64,000 bases of DNA from Candidatus Dojkabacteria bacterium (lineage in GTDB: Bacteria; Patescibacteriota; Dojkabacteria; SC72), in the NCBI GenBank assembly GCA_012842045.1, contig DUTP01000001.1, forward strand, positions 28,534 to 92,533. The letters run 5' to 3'. Positions 10,309-21,896 of the stretch are shown piece after piece. The position numbers and the translations under genes were made by a program. The notes beneath the pieces were generated by a model. It had not been told where the DNA came from and did no database searches. It saw only the letters and a list, made by a program, of their open reading frames with translations. Numbering within the stretch: position 1 is the stretch's first letter; each line of letters opens with the position of its first letter.

Positions 10309-11838
10309 TTAGGTTTTTAATAATCTTATAACCTCTTCCGGATGTACAGCATACTCTTGAGCTTTTTGTACAGATATCAAACCTTCCCTTACTAAACCTA
10401 CAAGTGATTTCTCTAAATACATCATGCCTACATCCGAACTTGTTCTGATTACATTATCAATCTGATATGTTTTACCCTCTCTAATAAGGTTCGAGATAGC
10501 AGAATTATTAAACATAACTTCCGAAACAGCTCTTCTACCACCTCTATCTAATGGTATTAATCTCTGAGCAATAACAACTTGTAAAATATTAGAAAGTTGA
10601 GACCTAACCTGTGGTTGTTGATTCTCTGGGAACACATCTATGACTCGATCGATTGTCTGAGAAGCATTGTTCGTATGTAGAGTGGCAAAGACCAAGTGAC
10701 CTGTTTCTGCTAGTGTAATAGCAGCTGCAATTGTTTCGTAGTCTCTCATTTCACCGACAAGAATAACATCAGGATCTTGCCTCATTGCACTTCTTAAAGC
10801 AACAGCCCAAGAGTTAGTATCATCATTCATCTCTCTTTGGTCAATCAATGCTTTCTTACCATCGAAGATATATTCAATTGGGTCTTCTATAGTAATAATA
10901 TGTTCAAATCTATTCCTATTAATATCTTCTAACATAGCAGCAAGTGTAGTACTTTTACCATGCCCCGTAGGACCTGTCACTAACACCAGACCTTGTTTTA
11001 ACTTTGTAATCTGATAATACACTTGAGGTAAAGATAATTCCTCAATGGTTTTAACTCTAGTAGGAATTAATCTAAAAGCCGCTGAGAGATTCTTCATAGA
11101 ATAGAAGGCATTAACTCGGAATCTACCTGTCTGATCTCCTTGGTGCGAATATGCAAAATCTATTTCCCTATTAACTTCTAGTAATTCCTTCTTATCATCA
11201 GGAACGATAGAAAGAATTAATTTTTCTGATTCCTCCGAAGAGAGAGGCTGTTCTCCAATATCAACAAGTTGACCATCAATCCTAATGACAGGAGGATATC
11301 CCACTGAAATATGTAAGTCGGATGCATTCCTTTTTATAACCTCCTCAAAAAGCACGCCCATTGTAAATGTTGTAGTCCCAATATCAACGACTGCATGACC
11401 ATCTCCCCCCTGTATCTTAGGAGAGAGAGGTTCGGAGAGATTATCTTCTTTTTTATCCCTCTTCATAGCCCTGACTACATGTTGCTCTGGCATAATCTTT
11501 TCAAGAGAATCACTCCAAACTTCCTGTTGAGACGGTTGCTGAACAGCAGGGGAAGTATCTAGATTAGGCAACGGTGTAACTTCCTGCACATATCCTGTCT
11601 GAGTCGCATTGGACTGAATTTCTGAAGTAGGGGGAGTATCTATTAATTCCCCAATGTTTTTTTTAAGTTCATCTAGTTTCTGCTGATCTATATAAGTGGA
11701 CGTACTATTGTCTGCAGCTGGAACTCCCGACTGGGTTGACGAAGTAGCAGGAGGAGTAACTTGTGATTGCTGATGAGAAAAATCAGAGTAACCAAACTGA
11801 ATACCAGCATCATTTTGATTTTGGGCAGTGTTTTGCAT
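10309..11838 (-). CDS. pilT: Twitching-motility/retraction ATPase PilT-like with a ~150-aa low-complexity N-terminal extension
   Basis: Walker A GPTGHGKSTT, Walker B/Asp box IITIEDPIEY, His box ATLHTNNA, and PilT-type core length. The N-terminus is rich in Q/S/T/P. Confidence 0.8.
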   Translation of the reverse strand: MQNTAQNQNDAGIQFGYSDFSHQQSQVTPPATSSTQSGVPAADNSTSTYIDQQKLDELKKNIGELIDTPPTSEIQSNATQTGYVQEVTPLPNLDTSPAVQQPSQQEVWSDSLEKIMPEQHVVRAMKRDKKEDNLSEPLSPKIQGGDGHAVVDIGTTTFTMGVLFEEVIKRNASDLHISVGYPPVIRIDGQLVDIGEQPLSSEESEKLILSIVPDDKKELLEVNREIDFAYSHQGDQTGRFRVNAFYSMKNLSAAFRLIPTRVKTIEELSLPQVYYQITKLKQGLVLVTGPTGHGKSTTLAAMLEDINRNRFEHIITIEDPIEYIFDGKKALIDQREMNDDTNSWAVALRSAMRQDPDVILVGEMRDYETIAAAITLAETGHLVFATLHTNNASQTIDRVIDVFPENQQPQVRSQLSNILQVVIAQRLIPLDRGGRRAVSEVMFNNSAISNLIREGKTYQIDNVIRTSSDVGMMYLEKSLVGLVREGLISVQKAQEYAVHPEEVIRLLKT

Positions 11839-11858
11839 GTTTTAATATACCAAAAAAT

Positions 11859-13679
11859 TTATTCTTTAGAAACCCTCAACACTTCTTCAAGTGTTGTAAT
11901 TCCTTCTAATGCCTTAAGATAACCATCTTGTATCATAGTTATCATCCCTTGTTCTATAGCTGCATTCCTAATGTCAGTATCCGTGACATCCTCCATTATC
12001 ATTCTACTAATCTTTTCAGTGATATCCAAAACTTCAAATATACCTGTCCTACCTGCATATCCTGTACCACCACAAAAATCACAGCCTTTACCCTTGTAGA
12101 GATACACAACTGGTACTCCATCTGGACCAACCTCTGGAGCTTTTAAAACAGTTGGTTCCGCTCCTTCTGCATTAGCAGAACTGTTCTTTGATGCAACTAA
12201 TTTATTTATATAAGCAATCAAGTCAAAACCATTAACGCTACCCATCACCTCATTAATATTCCTAAGTACCTCAGGAGTAACAGGATACGCTTCAATACAT
12301 TTCTTACAAATTCTTCTGGGCAACCTCTGTGCTGCCACAGTTCGAATAGTGGAAGCAAGCAGATAAGGTTCAATACCCATATCTACCAATCTTGGAATAG
12401 CAGCAGCTGCACTGTTCGTATGTAAAGTAGAGAGTACTAAGTGACCTGTTAGTGATGCCTGAACAGCAAGCTGAGCTGTCTCTCCGTCTCTAATTTCTCC
12501 AACCATTACAATATCAGGATCCTGTCTTAACACAGCTCTTAGAGCATTAGCAAAGGTAAGACCGACATCATCATTTATCTGTACCTGTGTAACACCAGGC
12601 ACTCTAATTTCGACAGGATTTTCCAATGATATAATATTAACCTTTGGATCATTAACCTTCATCAAAGAACATGCTAAGGTACGTGTCTTACCACTACCTG
12701 TTGGACCTGTAACCAAAACAATACCATTTGTCACAGAAAGTGCATCTACAAAAACCTTATAAGCATGACCTCTTAAACCCGTATCCTCTAAAGAGATATT
12801 TTCTGTGTCTGATTCTAACAATCTAAGCACAACCTTTTCACCATAAATCATCGGCATAATTGAGACTCTGACATCTATCTTACTTCCGTTCACCTGAATC
12901 TGGAACCTGTTATCTTGAGGGATTCTCTTCTCATCAATCTTCAGATTAGACATAATTTTAATTCTAGAAACAATCGCTGCACTAAGAGTTCTAGGCAATG
13001 TAAGTCTCTCTGTCATAACACCATTGATTCTAAACCTCACTCTAACCCTGTTTTCTAACACCTCTATATGGACATCTGATGATTTTGATTTTACAGCATA
13101 TTGAAGTATAGAATTAACAATTCTTGCAACAGGAGCAGAACCTATATCCCCAGAGAGTGCTTCTAAAGAATCGTCTGGACCAGCATCTAGTGTCGTCACT
13201 GGGATATTAGCATCCTCCAATGCATCTGCAACCTGAGCCCCCATCATGTCCCCAACTCTCCTATCTAATATCAACGATATGCTTGCTGGTGTTGAAATAT
13301 ACACCTGCACTCTTGTATCTTGTGGATACTTACTTTGAAGAGCCTGCGTTGCCTGAATATCGAAAGGATCTTCCATCGCAATCTTGACATATCCTTGCCC
13401 CCTCTCAAAAGGCACAGCCCTGTATCTCGACAGATTATCAATAGGGACCTCTGATAATACCCCTTCAGGAACAGTAATTGTTGAAAGGTCTATAAACGGG
13501 ATATTAAATATGGCAGATTTAGCTTTTGCCAAAACATCTTCATCAACCAGATTTAATTCTTTTATAATAACCTCTTCTGTTTTGTTACTCTTAGTCCTTT
13601 CTAACAGAACCTTCCTCACACCCTCACTATCGATAAGGTTGTTCTGCTGAAGATATTTAAGTAATGATGTCTGAGACAT
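11859..13679 (-). CDS. pilB: Type IV pilus assembly (extension) ATPase PilB (GspE family)
   Basis: GspE N-terminal domain, Walker A GPTGSGKT, His box LSTLHTN, C-terminal tetracysteine CKKC...CDFCGGTG zinc motif. Confidence 0.9.
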   Translation of the reverse strand: MSQTSLLKYLQQNNLIDSEGVRKVLLERTKSNKTEEVIIKELNLVDEDVLAKAKSAIFNIPFIDLSTITVPEGVLSEVPIDNLSRYRAVPFERGQGYVKIAMEDPFDIQATQALQSKYPQDTRVQVYISTPASISLILDRRVGDMMGAQVADALEDANIPVTTLDAGPDDSLEALSGDIGSAPVARIVNSILQYAVKSKSSDVHIEVLENRVRVRFRINGVMTERLTLPRTLSAAIVSRIKIMSNLKIDEKRIPQDNRFQIQVNGSKIDVRVSIMPMIYGEKVVLRLLESDTENISLEDTGLRGHAYKVFVDALSVTNGIVLVTGPTGSGKTRTLACSLMKVNDPKVNIISLENPVEIRVPGVTQVQINDDVGLTFANALRAVLRQDPDIVMVGEIRDGETAQLAVQASLTGHLVLSTLHTNSAAAAIPRLVDMGIEPYLLASTIRTVAAQRLPRRICKKCIEAYPVTPEVLRNINEVMGSVNGFDLIAYINKLVASKNSSANAEGAEPTVLKAPEVGPDGVPVVYLYKGKGCDFCGGTGYAGRTGIFEVLDITEKISRMIMEDVTDTDIRNAAIEQGMITMIQDGYLKALEGITTLEEVLRVSKE

Positions 13680-13797
13680 TACACTGGGCAGTATTCATAT
13701 TATCTCTTCCAGTTTAAGATAAAAAGGAATAATAGTCAACGAAGTTATATAACAAACTAGGTTCCATACTGTTCAGTAGTATGTGGTAAAATGAAAT

Positions 13798-14490
13798 ATG
13801 ACATATATTCTAGTTAACAAACAAGAAGACAGTAAAAAGGTTACTTTAAGGAAGTTTCTCAAGGAGATTTTTAAGAGAGAAATAACTTTAGAAGAACTCT
13901 ATACAAATCCAGATATTCATAATTTAGAGATTACTGACAAATTAAGCATAGGAATTGAAGATGTGAAAGATTTTCAAGCCAAACTAATTTACAAACCATT
14001 CCAAGAAGAAAAACAGGTTGGCATCATTCATTCTTCACAGAAACTTACTCATGAGGCACAGAACTCCCTTCTTAAAAGTCTAGAAGAGAGTGGAGACAAC
14101 ACAATATATATTCTCTGTGTTGACAATCAAAGAAATTTACTTCCAACAATCAGATCAAGGGCTAGAATTATCTATATCAAAAAACAAGAAAATAATGAAG
14201 AAGAGCAGGAGAGAGAAAAAGAGAAAGATTTTCTTAAAAAAGATTTAGTCGAACAATTTGAGATTGCCGAAAAAGCTTCTTCTAGTAGGGAGCTTTCCAT
14301 AGAGTTCATAAACACAATTGAAAAAATATTAAGAGAGGAGTTTGAAATTAAAATTAAAAATGGTAGTATTGAGGGTTCTAAAAAAATTCTAGAGGACTTG
14401 AAAGTAGTTGGCAAAAGTAGGGAGAAGATAGTCTCAAATTGTAATAGGAGATTGACTTTAGAAGCCATGGTTATGCAGTTAAGAATTTAA
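13798..14490 (+). CDS. holB: DNA polymerase III delta-prime-like clamp-loader subunit (minimal; lacks the P-loop region)
   Basis: Sensor and SRC-type motifs AQNSLLKSLEE and TIRSRARIIY typical of HolB/DnaX box VII-VIII. An HPD-like NPDIH is present. There is no Walker A segment at the N-terminus. Confidence 0.55.
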   Translation: MTYILVNKQEDSKKVTLRKFLKEIFKREITLEELYTNPDIHNLEITDKLSIGIEDVKDFQAKLIYKPFQEEKQVGIIHSSQKLTHEAQNSLLKSLEESGDNTIYILCVDNQRNLLPTIRSRARIIYIKKQENNEEEQEREKEKDFLKKDLVEQFEIAEKASSSRELSIEFINTIEKILREEFEIKIKNGSIEGSKKILEDLKVVGKSREKIVSNCNRRLTLEAMVMQLRI

Positions 14491-14515
14491 CTTTGTATGC
14501 TAAAAATGATATAAT
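14486..14515 (+). promoter_or_regulatory. Putative extended -10 promoter for gyrB
   Basis: TGaTATAAT extended -10 at 14507-14515, about 60 nt upstream of the gyrB ATG; the -35 is weak. Confidence 0.35.
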
Positions 14516-14565
14516 ATAGATAGACCAGTTCTCGGAATTGTAAAGGTTTAACTTACACTTTTTGA

Positions 14566-16485
<1,920 letters not shown>

Positions 16486-16501
16486 CTTTTATATTAAAAA
16501 C

Positions 16502-17050
16502 ATGAATACTGATCTACAAGAAAACATAAATGAGGCTAATGAACATCAAAACAAACCAGCTAGCTTCTACGATGTTGCAACTATGCTTAATCCAGAAGCA
16601 AAATATATTGCTCAAGATTCAGCATCTGGTAGTGCAAAAACAAATATAGAATTGGCTCTAACAAAAGCATTAGACGATAACGGGAAAGCAAGCAGAACAA
16701 TCGTAGACATATTAGATTTAGATGGAACTGAAATAGGAGCACTAATGAGGAAATGTGCAGGTTTACCTAGGAAAGATGAGGAAAAAGACGACTCTTTGGT
16801 ATACACAAGTGATAGAGAACCAGATAGACAAAGAACAATGTTTCTACTTTTTCACAACCATGATGAGAAGAATACATATCAATGTATAATGCTTAGGAAA
16901 AAACGAGAAAGACCTTGGGAAATAGACCCTCAAAATGTAATGTGGGAAGATATAGATATTAGTGTGGATGAGGAAACAGCAGAAGAATTAGATGCAGTTA
17001 TGTATGAATTGAAATCTAAGTTTAGGGATAATCTTTTAGCTTTAAATTAA
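16502..17050 (+). CDS. Hypothetical acidic protein encoded between gyrB and gyrA
   Basis: 182-aa ORF, no TM, no recognisable motif; compact spacing with gyrB (16 nt) and gyrA (21 nt) suggests co-transcription. Confidence 0.5.
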   Translation: MNTDLQENINEANEHQNKPASFYDVATMLNPEAKYIAQDSASGSAKTNIELALTKALDDNGKASRTIVDILDLDGTEIGALMRKCAGLPRKDEEKDDSLVYTSDREPDRQRTMFLLFHNHDEKNTYQCIMLRKKRERPWEIDPQNVMWEDIDISVDEETAEELDAVMYELKSKFRDNLLALN

Positions 17051-17071
17051 CAAGAGATTCTAGTTTTTAAA

Positions 17072-19813
17072 ATGGATGAAGATAAAAAAACAACACAAGA
17101 AAATATAGATACAGTAGAGCAGAACTCCACATACAATTCTGGAGAGATTACTAACAGATCAATCGTAGATGAAATGAAAGGTAACTACCTTGACTACTCT
17201 ATGTCCGTAATCGTCTCAAGAGCTCTACCAGAAGTAAAGGATGGGCTTAAGCCATCACAAAGAAGAATTCTTGTAGCTATCAATGATTTAGGCCTAACAC
17301 CTTCTTCTCATTACAGAAAATGTGCAAAAATTGCAGGAGATACATCAGGTAACTACCATCCACATGGTGAGGTTGTAATATATCCAACCTTAGTAAAAAT
17401 GGCTCAAGACTTCTCCATGAGATATCCATTAGTAGATGGACAAGGAAACTTTGGTTCCATTGATGGAGATGAAGCAGCAGCCATGAGATACACAGAGGCG
17501 AGAATGGGGAAGATTACACCAGAACTCATTAATGAGATAAACAAGGGAACGGTAACATTCATACCAAACTATGACGGCACAAGACTAGAACCAACAGTAT
17601 TACCTGCAGGTTTTCCAAATGTACTAGCAAATGGTGGAGATGGAATTGCAGTAGGTATGGCTACGAAGATACCTCCTCATAACCTAACAGAATTAATTAC
17701 TGCTTTACAAAAAATGATTTCCCTAGGTAACAAATGGGAAGGTAAAGCAGTATATGATGAATTAAGAAAACAGAAAGAAAAAGGTGAGAGAATCCCACAA
17801 TTACTTAATGCACAACCAGCTGATTACTTAGAAAACTACATAGATACAAAAGATGCTACCAACCAAGAGGTAATTGATACTCTAAGAGCAAAGATAGCAG
17901 AAGATGGAAATGTCCTCTATCCTGAATTTAAATCGGACATTACTCCAGAAGAGTTAGTTGAGATAATACCAGGACCTGACTTCCCAACAGGAGCAACAAT
18001 ATATGACAGAGAAGAAATCCTTAACACATATGCAACCGGTAGGGGAAGAATATTACAAAGAGCAAAAGCATCAATTGTAGAGGGCAAACAAGGAAAATAC
18101 CAAATCGTTATCACCGAAATACCTTTCCAAGTAAACAAAGCAAACCTCATTACAAAGATTGCTGACTTGGTAAAGGATAAAAAGATTAAAGGAATTTCCG
18201 ACATTATAGATGAATCCAATATCGAAGGAATGAGAGTTGTTGTATATCTCAAGAGAGATGCACAACCAAAGGCAGTTCTAAACAAGCTCTACAAATATAC
18301 AGAGATGCAAAAAGTCTTCAATGCCAATATGATTGCATTGGTTGACAAAGAGCCAAAGACATTACCACTTAAGAGATTCTTAGAACTCTTCCTTTCTTTC
18401 AGATTAGTAGTAACAATCAGAAGATTTGAATTTGATTTAGCACAAGCAAGATACAGATCTCATATCTTAGAAGGATTACTTAAAGCAATTGATATGCTTG
18501 ATGAGGTAATTGCTACAATTAGAGCTTCAAAAACACAAGAAACAGCAAAAACAAACTTAATGGATAAGTTTGATTTTACAGAAGTACAAGCCCAAGCAAT
18601 TTTGGATATGCAGTTAAGAAGATTAGCAGCACTTGAGAGAATGAAATTGCAGAACGAACAAAAAGAATTGAAAGAGAAGATTAAGGAATTAAATACTCTT
18701 CTTGAAGATCCAGAGAAGATGTTGGAAGTTGTAGATGCTGATCTTGAGATTATTAAAGAAAAGTTTGGAGATGAAAGAAGAACAAAGGTTGTAAAAGGTA
18801 AAGTTGATGAGATATCTGAAGAAGACATGATTGCTTCCGAAGATACTTTAGTAACAATTACCAACTCTGGATATGTAAAGAGATTAAATCCAAATACATA
18901 CAAAGCACAGAATAGGGGAGGCAAGGGTGTTTCAGGAGGAGAAACAAAAGAAGGAGATTTCATAGAACATGCTTTCTTGTGTAATACTCATGATGAACTA
19001 CTACTTTTCACAAACAAAGGTAAAGTATATACACTTCGAATATTTGAAATCCCTGATTTAGGTAGAACAGCAAAAGGCTTACCTATCGTTAATCTTGTAC
19101 AACTAGACCCCGATGAACTTATAACTTCAGTATTAACCAGAGATCCAAAGGGTAAGATTGCAGAAGGAAAGAGTACAGAAGAGGCTAAAGAGAAGGAAAT
19201 AGCAAGAGAGTACAAATATCTTTTGATGGCAACAGAGAATGGTGTTGTAAAGAAAACTGCACTCCCTGAGTTTAAGAAGATTAGAGCAAATGGTTTAGTA
19301 GCAATTAAGTTAGATGAAGGAGATCAATTGATAGGGGTTAAAGCTACAACAGGTGATGACCAAGCAATTATCCTCACAAGGGAAGGTAAGTCTGTGAGAT
19401 TTAAAGAAACAGATGTTAGACCTATGGGTAGAAGTACAAGAGGTGTAACAGGTATTAAGTTTAGAAGTAAAGAGGATAGGGTAGTAGGTATTGGAATTGT
19501 AGAGAGTGATGAACAGCAACTTCTAACTCTTTCGGAATATGGTTATGGTAAGATGACACCACTTAAAGAGTATGCAACTCAGAAGAGAGGTGGTACAGGT
19601 ATCTTCACATTTAGAGTAACACCAAAGACAGGTAATGTAGCTTGTGCAAGAATCTTAAGAGAAGAAGATGAAGAGATTGTTGTAATATCTGAGAAATCCA
19701 AGGTTATTAGAGCAGATCTTAAGGATGTGCCAAAGCTCAAGAGACAAACTTCAGGTGTAAAGATGATGAATATTGGAACTGGTGATAAAGTAGCAACAGT
19801 AGCTATACTCTAA
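17072..19813 (+). CDS. gyrA: DNA gyrase subunit A (with a ~75-aa insertion and an N-terminal extension)
   Basis: Active-site AAAMRYTEARM, QRRILVA, GPDFPTG motifs and C-terminal beta-pinwheel repeats. 913 aa. Confidence 0.95.
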   Translation: MDEDKKTTQENIDTVEQNSTYNSGEITNRSIVDEMKGNYLDYSMSVIVSRALPEVKDGLKPSQRRILVAINDLGLTPSSHYRKCAKIAGDTSGNYHPHGEVVIYPTLVKMAQDFSMRYPLVDGQGNFGSIDGDEAAAMRYTEARMGKITPELINEINKGTVTFIPNYDGTRLEPTVLPAGFPNVLANGGDGIAVGMATKIPPHNLTELITALQKMISLGNKWEGKAVYDELRKQKEKGERIPQLLNAQPADYLENYIDTKDATNQEVIDTLRAKIAEDGNVLYPEFKSDITPEELVEIIPGPDFPTGATIYDREEILNTYATGRGRILQRAKASIVEGKQGKYQIVITEIPFQVNKANLITKIADLVKDKKIKGISDIIDESNIEGMRVVVYLKRDAQPKAVLNKLYKYTEMQKVFNANMIALVDKEPKTLPLKRFLELFLSFRLVVTIRRFEFDLAQARYRSHILEGLLKAIDMLDEVIATIRASKTQETAKTNLMDKFDFTEVQAQAILDMQLRRLAALERMKLQNEQKELKEKIKELNTLLEDPEKMLEVVDADLEIIKEKFGDERRTKVVKGKVDEISEEDMIASEDTLVTITNSGYVKRLNPNTYKAQNRGGKGVSGGETKEGDFIEHAFLCNTHDELLLFTNKGKVYTLRIFEIPDLGRTAKGLPIVNLVQLDPDELITSVLTRDPKGKIAEGKSTEEAKEKEIAREYKYLLMATENGVVKKTALPEFKKIRANGLVAIKLDEGDQLIGVKATTGDDQAIILTREGKSVRFKETDVRPMGRSTRGVTGIKFRSKEDRVVGIGIVESDEQQLLTLSEYGYGKMTPLKEYATQKRGGTGIFTFRVTPKTGNVACARILREEDEEIVVISEKSKVIRADLKDVPKLKRQTSGVKMMNIGTGDKVATVAIL

Positions 19814-19825
19814 TAATCCAAAGTT

Positions 19826-20053
19826 TCAACAACTATTCATTCTAGTAATATTAAAATCCCTGTTATACTCATCCCCTGAGAGTTCTACAATATTCTTAGA
19901 GAGTTCCTCATAACTCATCCAACTATCATCAACTTTCTTTTTTACAGACTTCTTAACAATTTTCTCTAAATTCTTTATCTGTTTCTCATACTTTTCAAGC
20001 TCACAAGCTAAAAGTGTTGATATCATTACAAAATCTTCTTTTGATAGTGTCAT
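19826..20053 (-). CDS. Small hypothetical protein (75 aa)
   Basis: ATG at 20053 with an AGGT about 9 nt upstream; coiled-coil-like, no known motif. Confidence 0.35.
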   Translation of the reverse strand: MTLSKEDFVMISTLLACELEKYEKQIKNLEKIVKKSVKKKVDDSWMSYEELSKNIVELSGDEYNRDFNITRMNSC

Positions 20054-20180
20054 ATTTTTACCTACTTAATTTAATATCTATATTCTACATTGGCCTAAAA
20101 TATACTTCCTCACCTAGATAAGAATATAAAAAGCTTATATAATATCTTAACCCTAATATAAAAATATATATTGTAACCAT

Positions 20181-21029
20181 ATGATTTTTACCAATATTCT
20201 TAAAAAAATAATCATCTCAATATCACTTGCTCTTCTTTTTGGACAACAAGATATTGATTTAATTAAACAAAAAGAGATTAATCCTCCACAAGAGGAAGCC
20301 ACGGAAGCAGTTGCCGAAGAAGAAGAAAAAGAAGTTGAGATTGCTATAGAAGAAAAAAAAGAAGTCAGTACTCCACCCCAAAAAGCATCTAAACAGAAAG
20401 TAGAAACACAAAAGAATTGGTGGTCATATCCTACAGATATCAAGCCAACAAAAAGACATGGAGATGACCTATTAGTACTAGTAAACAAAGAATATGCTCT
20501 TTCTGCTGATTATGTTCCTGCAGATTTAGTTTCAGCTGCAAAATCAGGTATTAGAAAAGGAAATCAACATATGGTTAGAAATATAGTAATAGCTGATTTA
20601 ACAGAATTAGTTAAAGCAGCTAAAAATGATGGCATAGACCTTAGTATTAGGTCAGGATATAGGTCATATAGTACACAGGTTAGTACATATCAATATTGGC
20701 TTAGATATAACAATAATGTAGCAGATAATGCTGATAAAGTTTCTGCTAGAGCTGGACATAGTCAACACCAATTAGGTACAGCAATTGATTTTAGTACATC
20801 AGAAATACAGGATGGAATAGGGGGGAGATTTCATACAACAAAAGCGGCAAAGTGGTTAGAGGAGAATGCTTGGTGTTATGGTTTTGTAATATCATTTCCA
20901 CAAGGATATGAATCAGTAACTGGTTATAATTATGAGAGTTGGCATTATAGATATATTGGTAAAGATAATGCATTAGAGATGATTAATAGTGGAAAGATAT
21001 TAGAAGTATATCTTAGGGAGAAGAATTAA
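20181..21029 (+). CDS. D-alanyl-D-alanine carboxypeptidase, peptidase M15B (VanY-like), membrane or secreted
   Basis: N-terminal hydrophobic segment. M15 zinc-ligand motifs SGYRSYSTQ, HSQHQLGTAIDF and ESWHYRYIG. Confidence 0.8.
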   Translation: MIFTNILKKIIISISLALLFGQQDIDLIKQKEINPPQEEATEAVAEEEEKEVEIAIEEKKEVSTPPQKASKQKVETQKNWWSYPTDIKPTKRHGDDLLVLVNKEYALSADYVPADLVSAAKSGIRKGNQHMVRNIVIADLTELVKAAKNDGIDLSIRSGYRSYSTQVSTYQYWLRYNNNVADNADKVSARAGHSQHQLGTAIDFSTSEIQDGIGGRFHTTKAAKWLEENAWCYGFVISFPQGYESVTGYNYESWHYRYIGKDNALEMINSGKILEVYLREKN

Positions 21030-21100
21030 AAAGTAATTACATTTAAAATTTTTACCTTGTTTTTTCTACAAAAAGAGATATACTATTACTACAAGGATTC

Positions 21101-21140
21101 GGGGAGGCCCTTCGTAAGATCGACCTTCCCATTTTTTATC
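21101..21140 (+). terminator. Rho-independent terminator after the VanY-like gene (possibly bidirectional)
   Basis: GGGGAGG CCCTTCGTAAGATCGA CCTTCCC hairpin (7 bp, one G-U) followed by ATTTTTTATCTCTC. Confidence 0.55.
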
Positions 21141-21753
21141 TCTCACATATATACTTTTTTAATCTTAAGAAATCCATATATTCTTTATAGTACTTCTCTT
21201 TAATAACTCTAGCTGTTTTATTACGATGAGAATATATGATAAATTCCTTTTCTTTAATTTTGAAATATTTTAATAATATCTCAAAATCTCCATCACCAGA
21301 GAATAGGATAAAAGAAGAATATTCTTTTTCTAAACGCATCATGTCAAATGTTAAATCAACATCACAGTTAGCTTTGTATTTTACACCTCCTTCTTTTGTA
21401 CGAATTCTTTTAATCGGTTTAAGTCTTAATATATATCCAAATTCCTGTAATTTTCTAAAGAACTTAGCTCTTTTGAGGTATTTTAGTAAATAGGGTTTCT
21501 CTGTAGCTTTACCCATTTTGTAAAGATTTTCTAAATAACTTACCAACTTATCTATTGGAAATTGTGAAGTAGGATAACAGTCTAAATCATACCCTGACAC
21601 CTCAATTCCAGAGTAATAAAAAACTTTCTTAGCATTGTATCTCTGTTTTAGATGCTCAATTAGCTTCTTGTAATCAATTCTCCAATTTAAATCATTAGGA
21701 GTACCATAAAACATATTTGAAGCATCAATAAAAACATAACAAGGTTTGAGCAT
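21136..21753 (-). CDS. NYN-domain (LabA-like PIN-fold) protein
   Basis: VFIDASNMFYG ... YYSG core resembles NYN/LabA nuclease domains. ATG at 21753; the track ORF starts at a TTG at 21852. Confidence 0.45.
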   Translation of the reverse strand: MLKPCYVFIDASNMFYGTPNDLNWRIDYKKLIEHLKQRYNAKKVFYYSGIEVSGYDLDCYPTSQFPIDKLVSYLENLYKMGKATEKPYLLKYLKRAKFFRKLQEFGYILRLKPIKRIRTKEGGVKYKANCDVDLTFDMMRLEKEYSSFILFSGDGDFEILLKYFKIKEKEFIIYSHRNKTARVIKEKYYKEYMDFLRLKKYICER

Positions 21754-21896
21754 AATATATAGATAGTAGCATTTAATTATTAAATCCAGATTAACTTGGT
21801 GATATCCATTATTCGTAAGTAAATGCTTCCCCAAAAAGAGTTTCTTGTACAAGTTCTTCTTTTTTTTTGCTCAAAGTGTGATAAACTAAATCTAAG

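Noticed and set aside
20153-20488. 111-aa minus-strand ORF overlapping the start of the VanY-like gene
   Set aside because: Shadow frame of the VanY-like CDS, with no independent support
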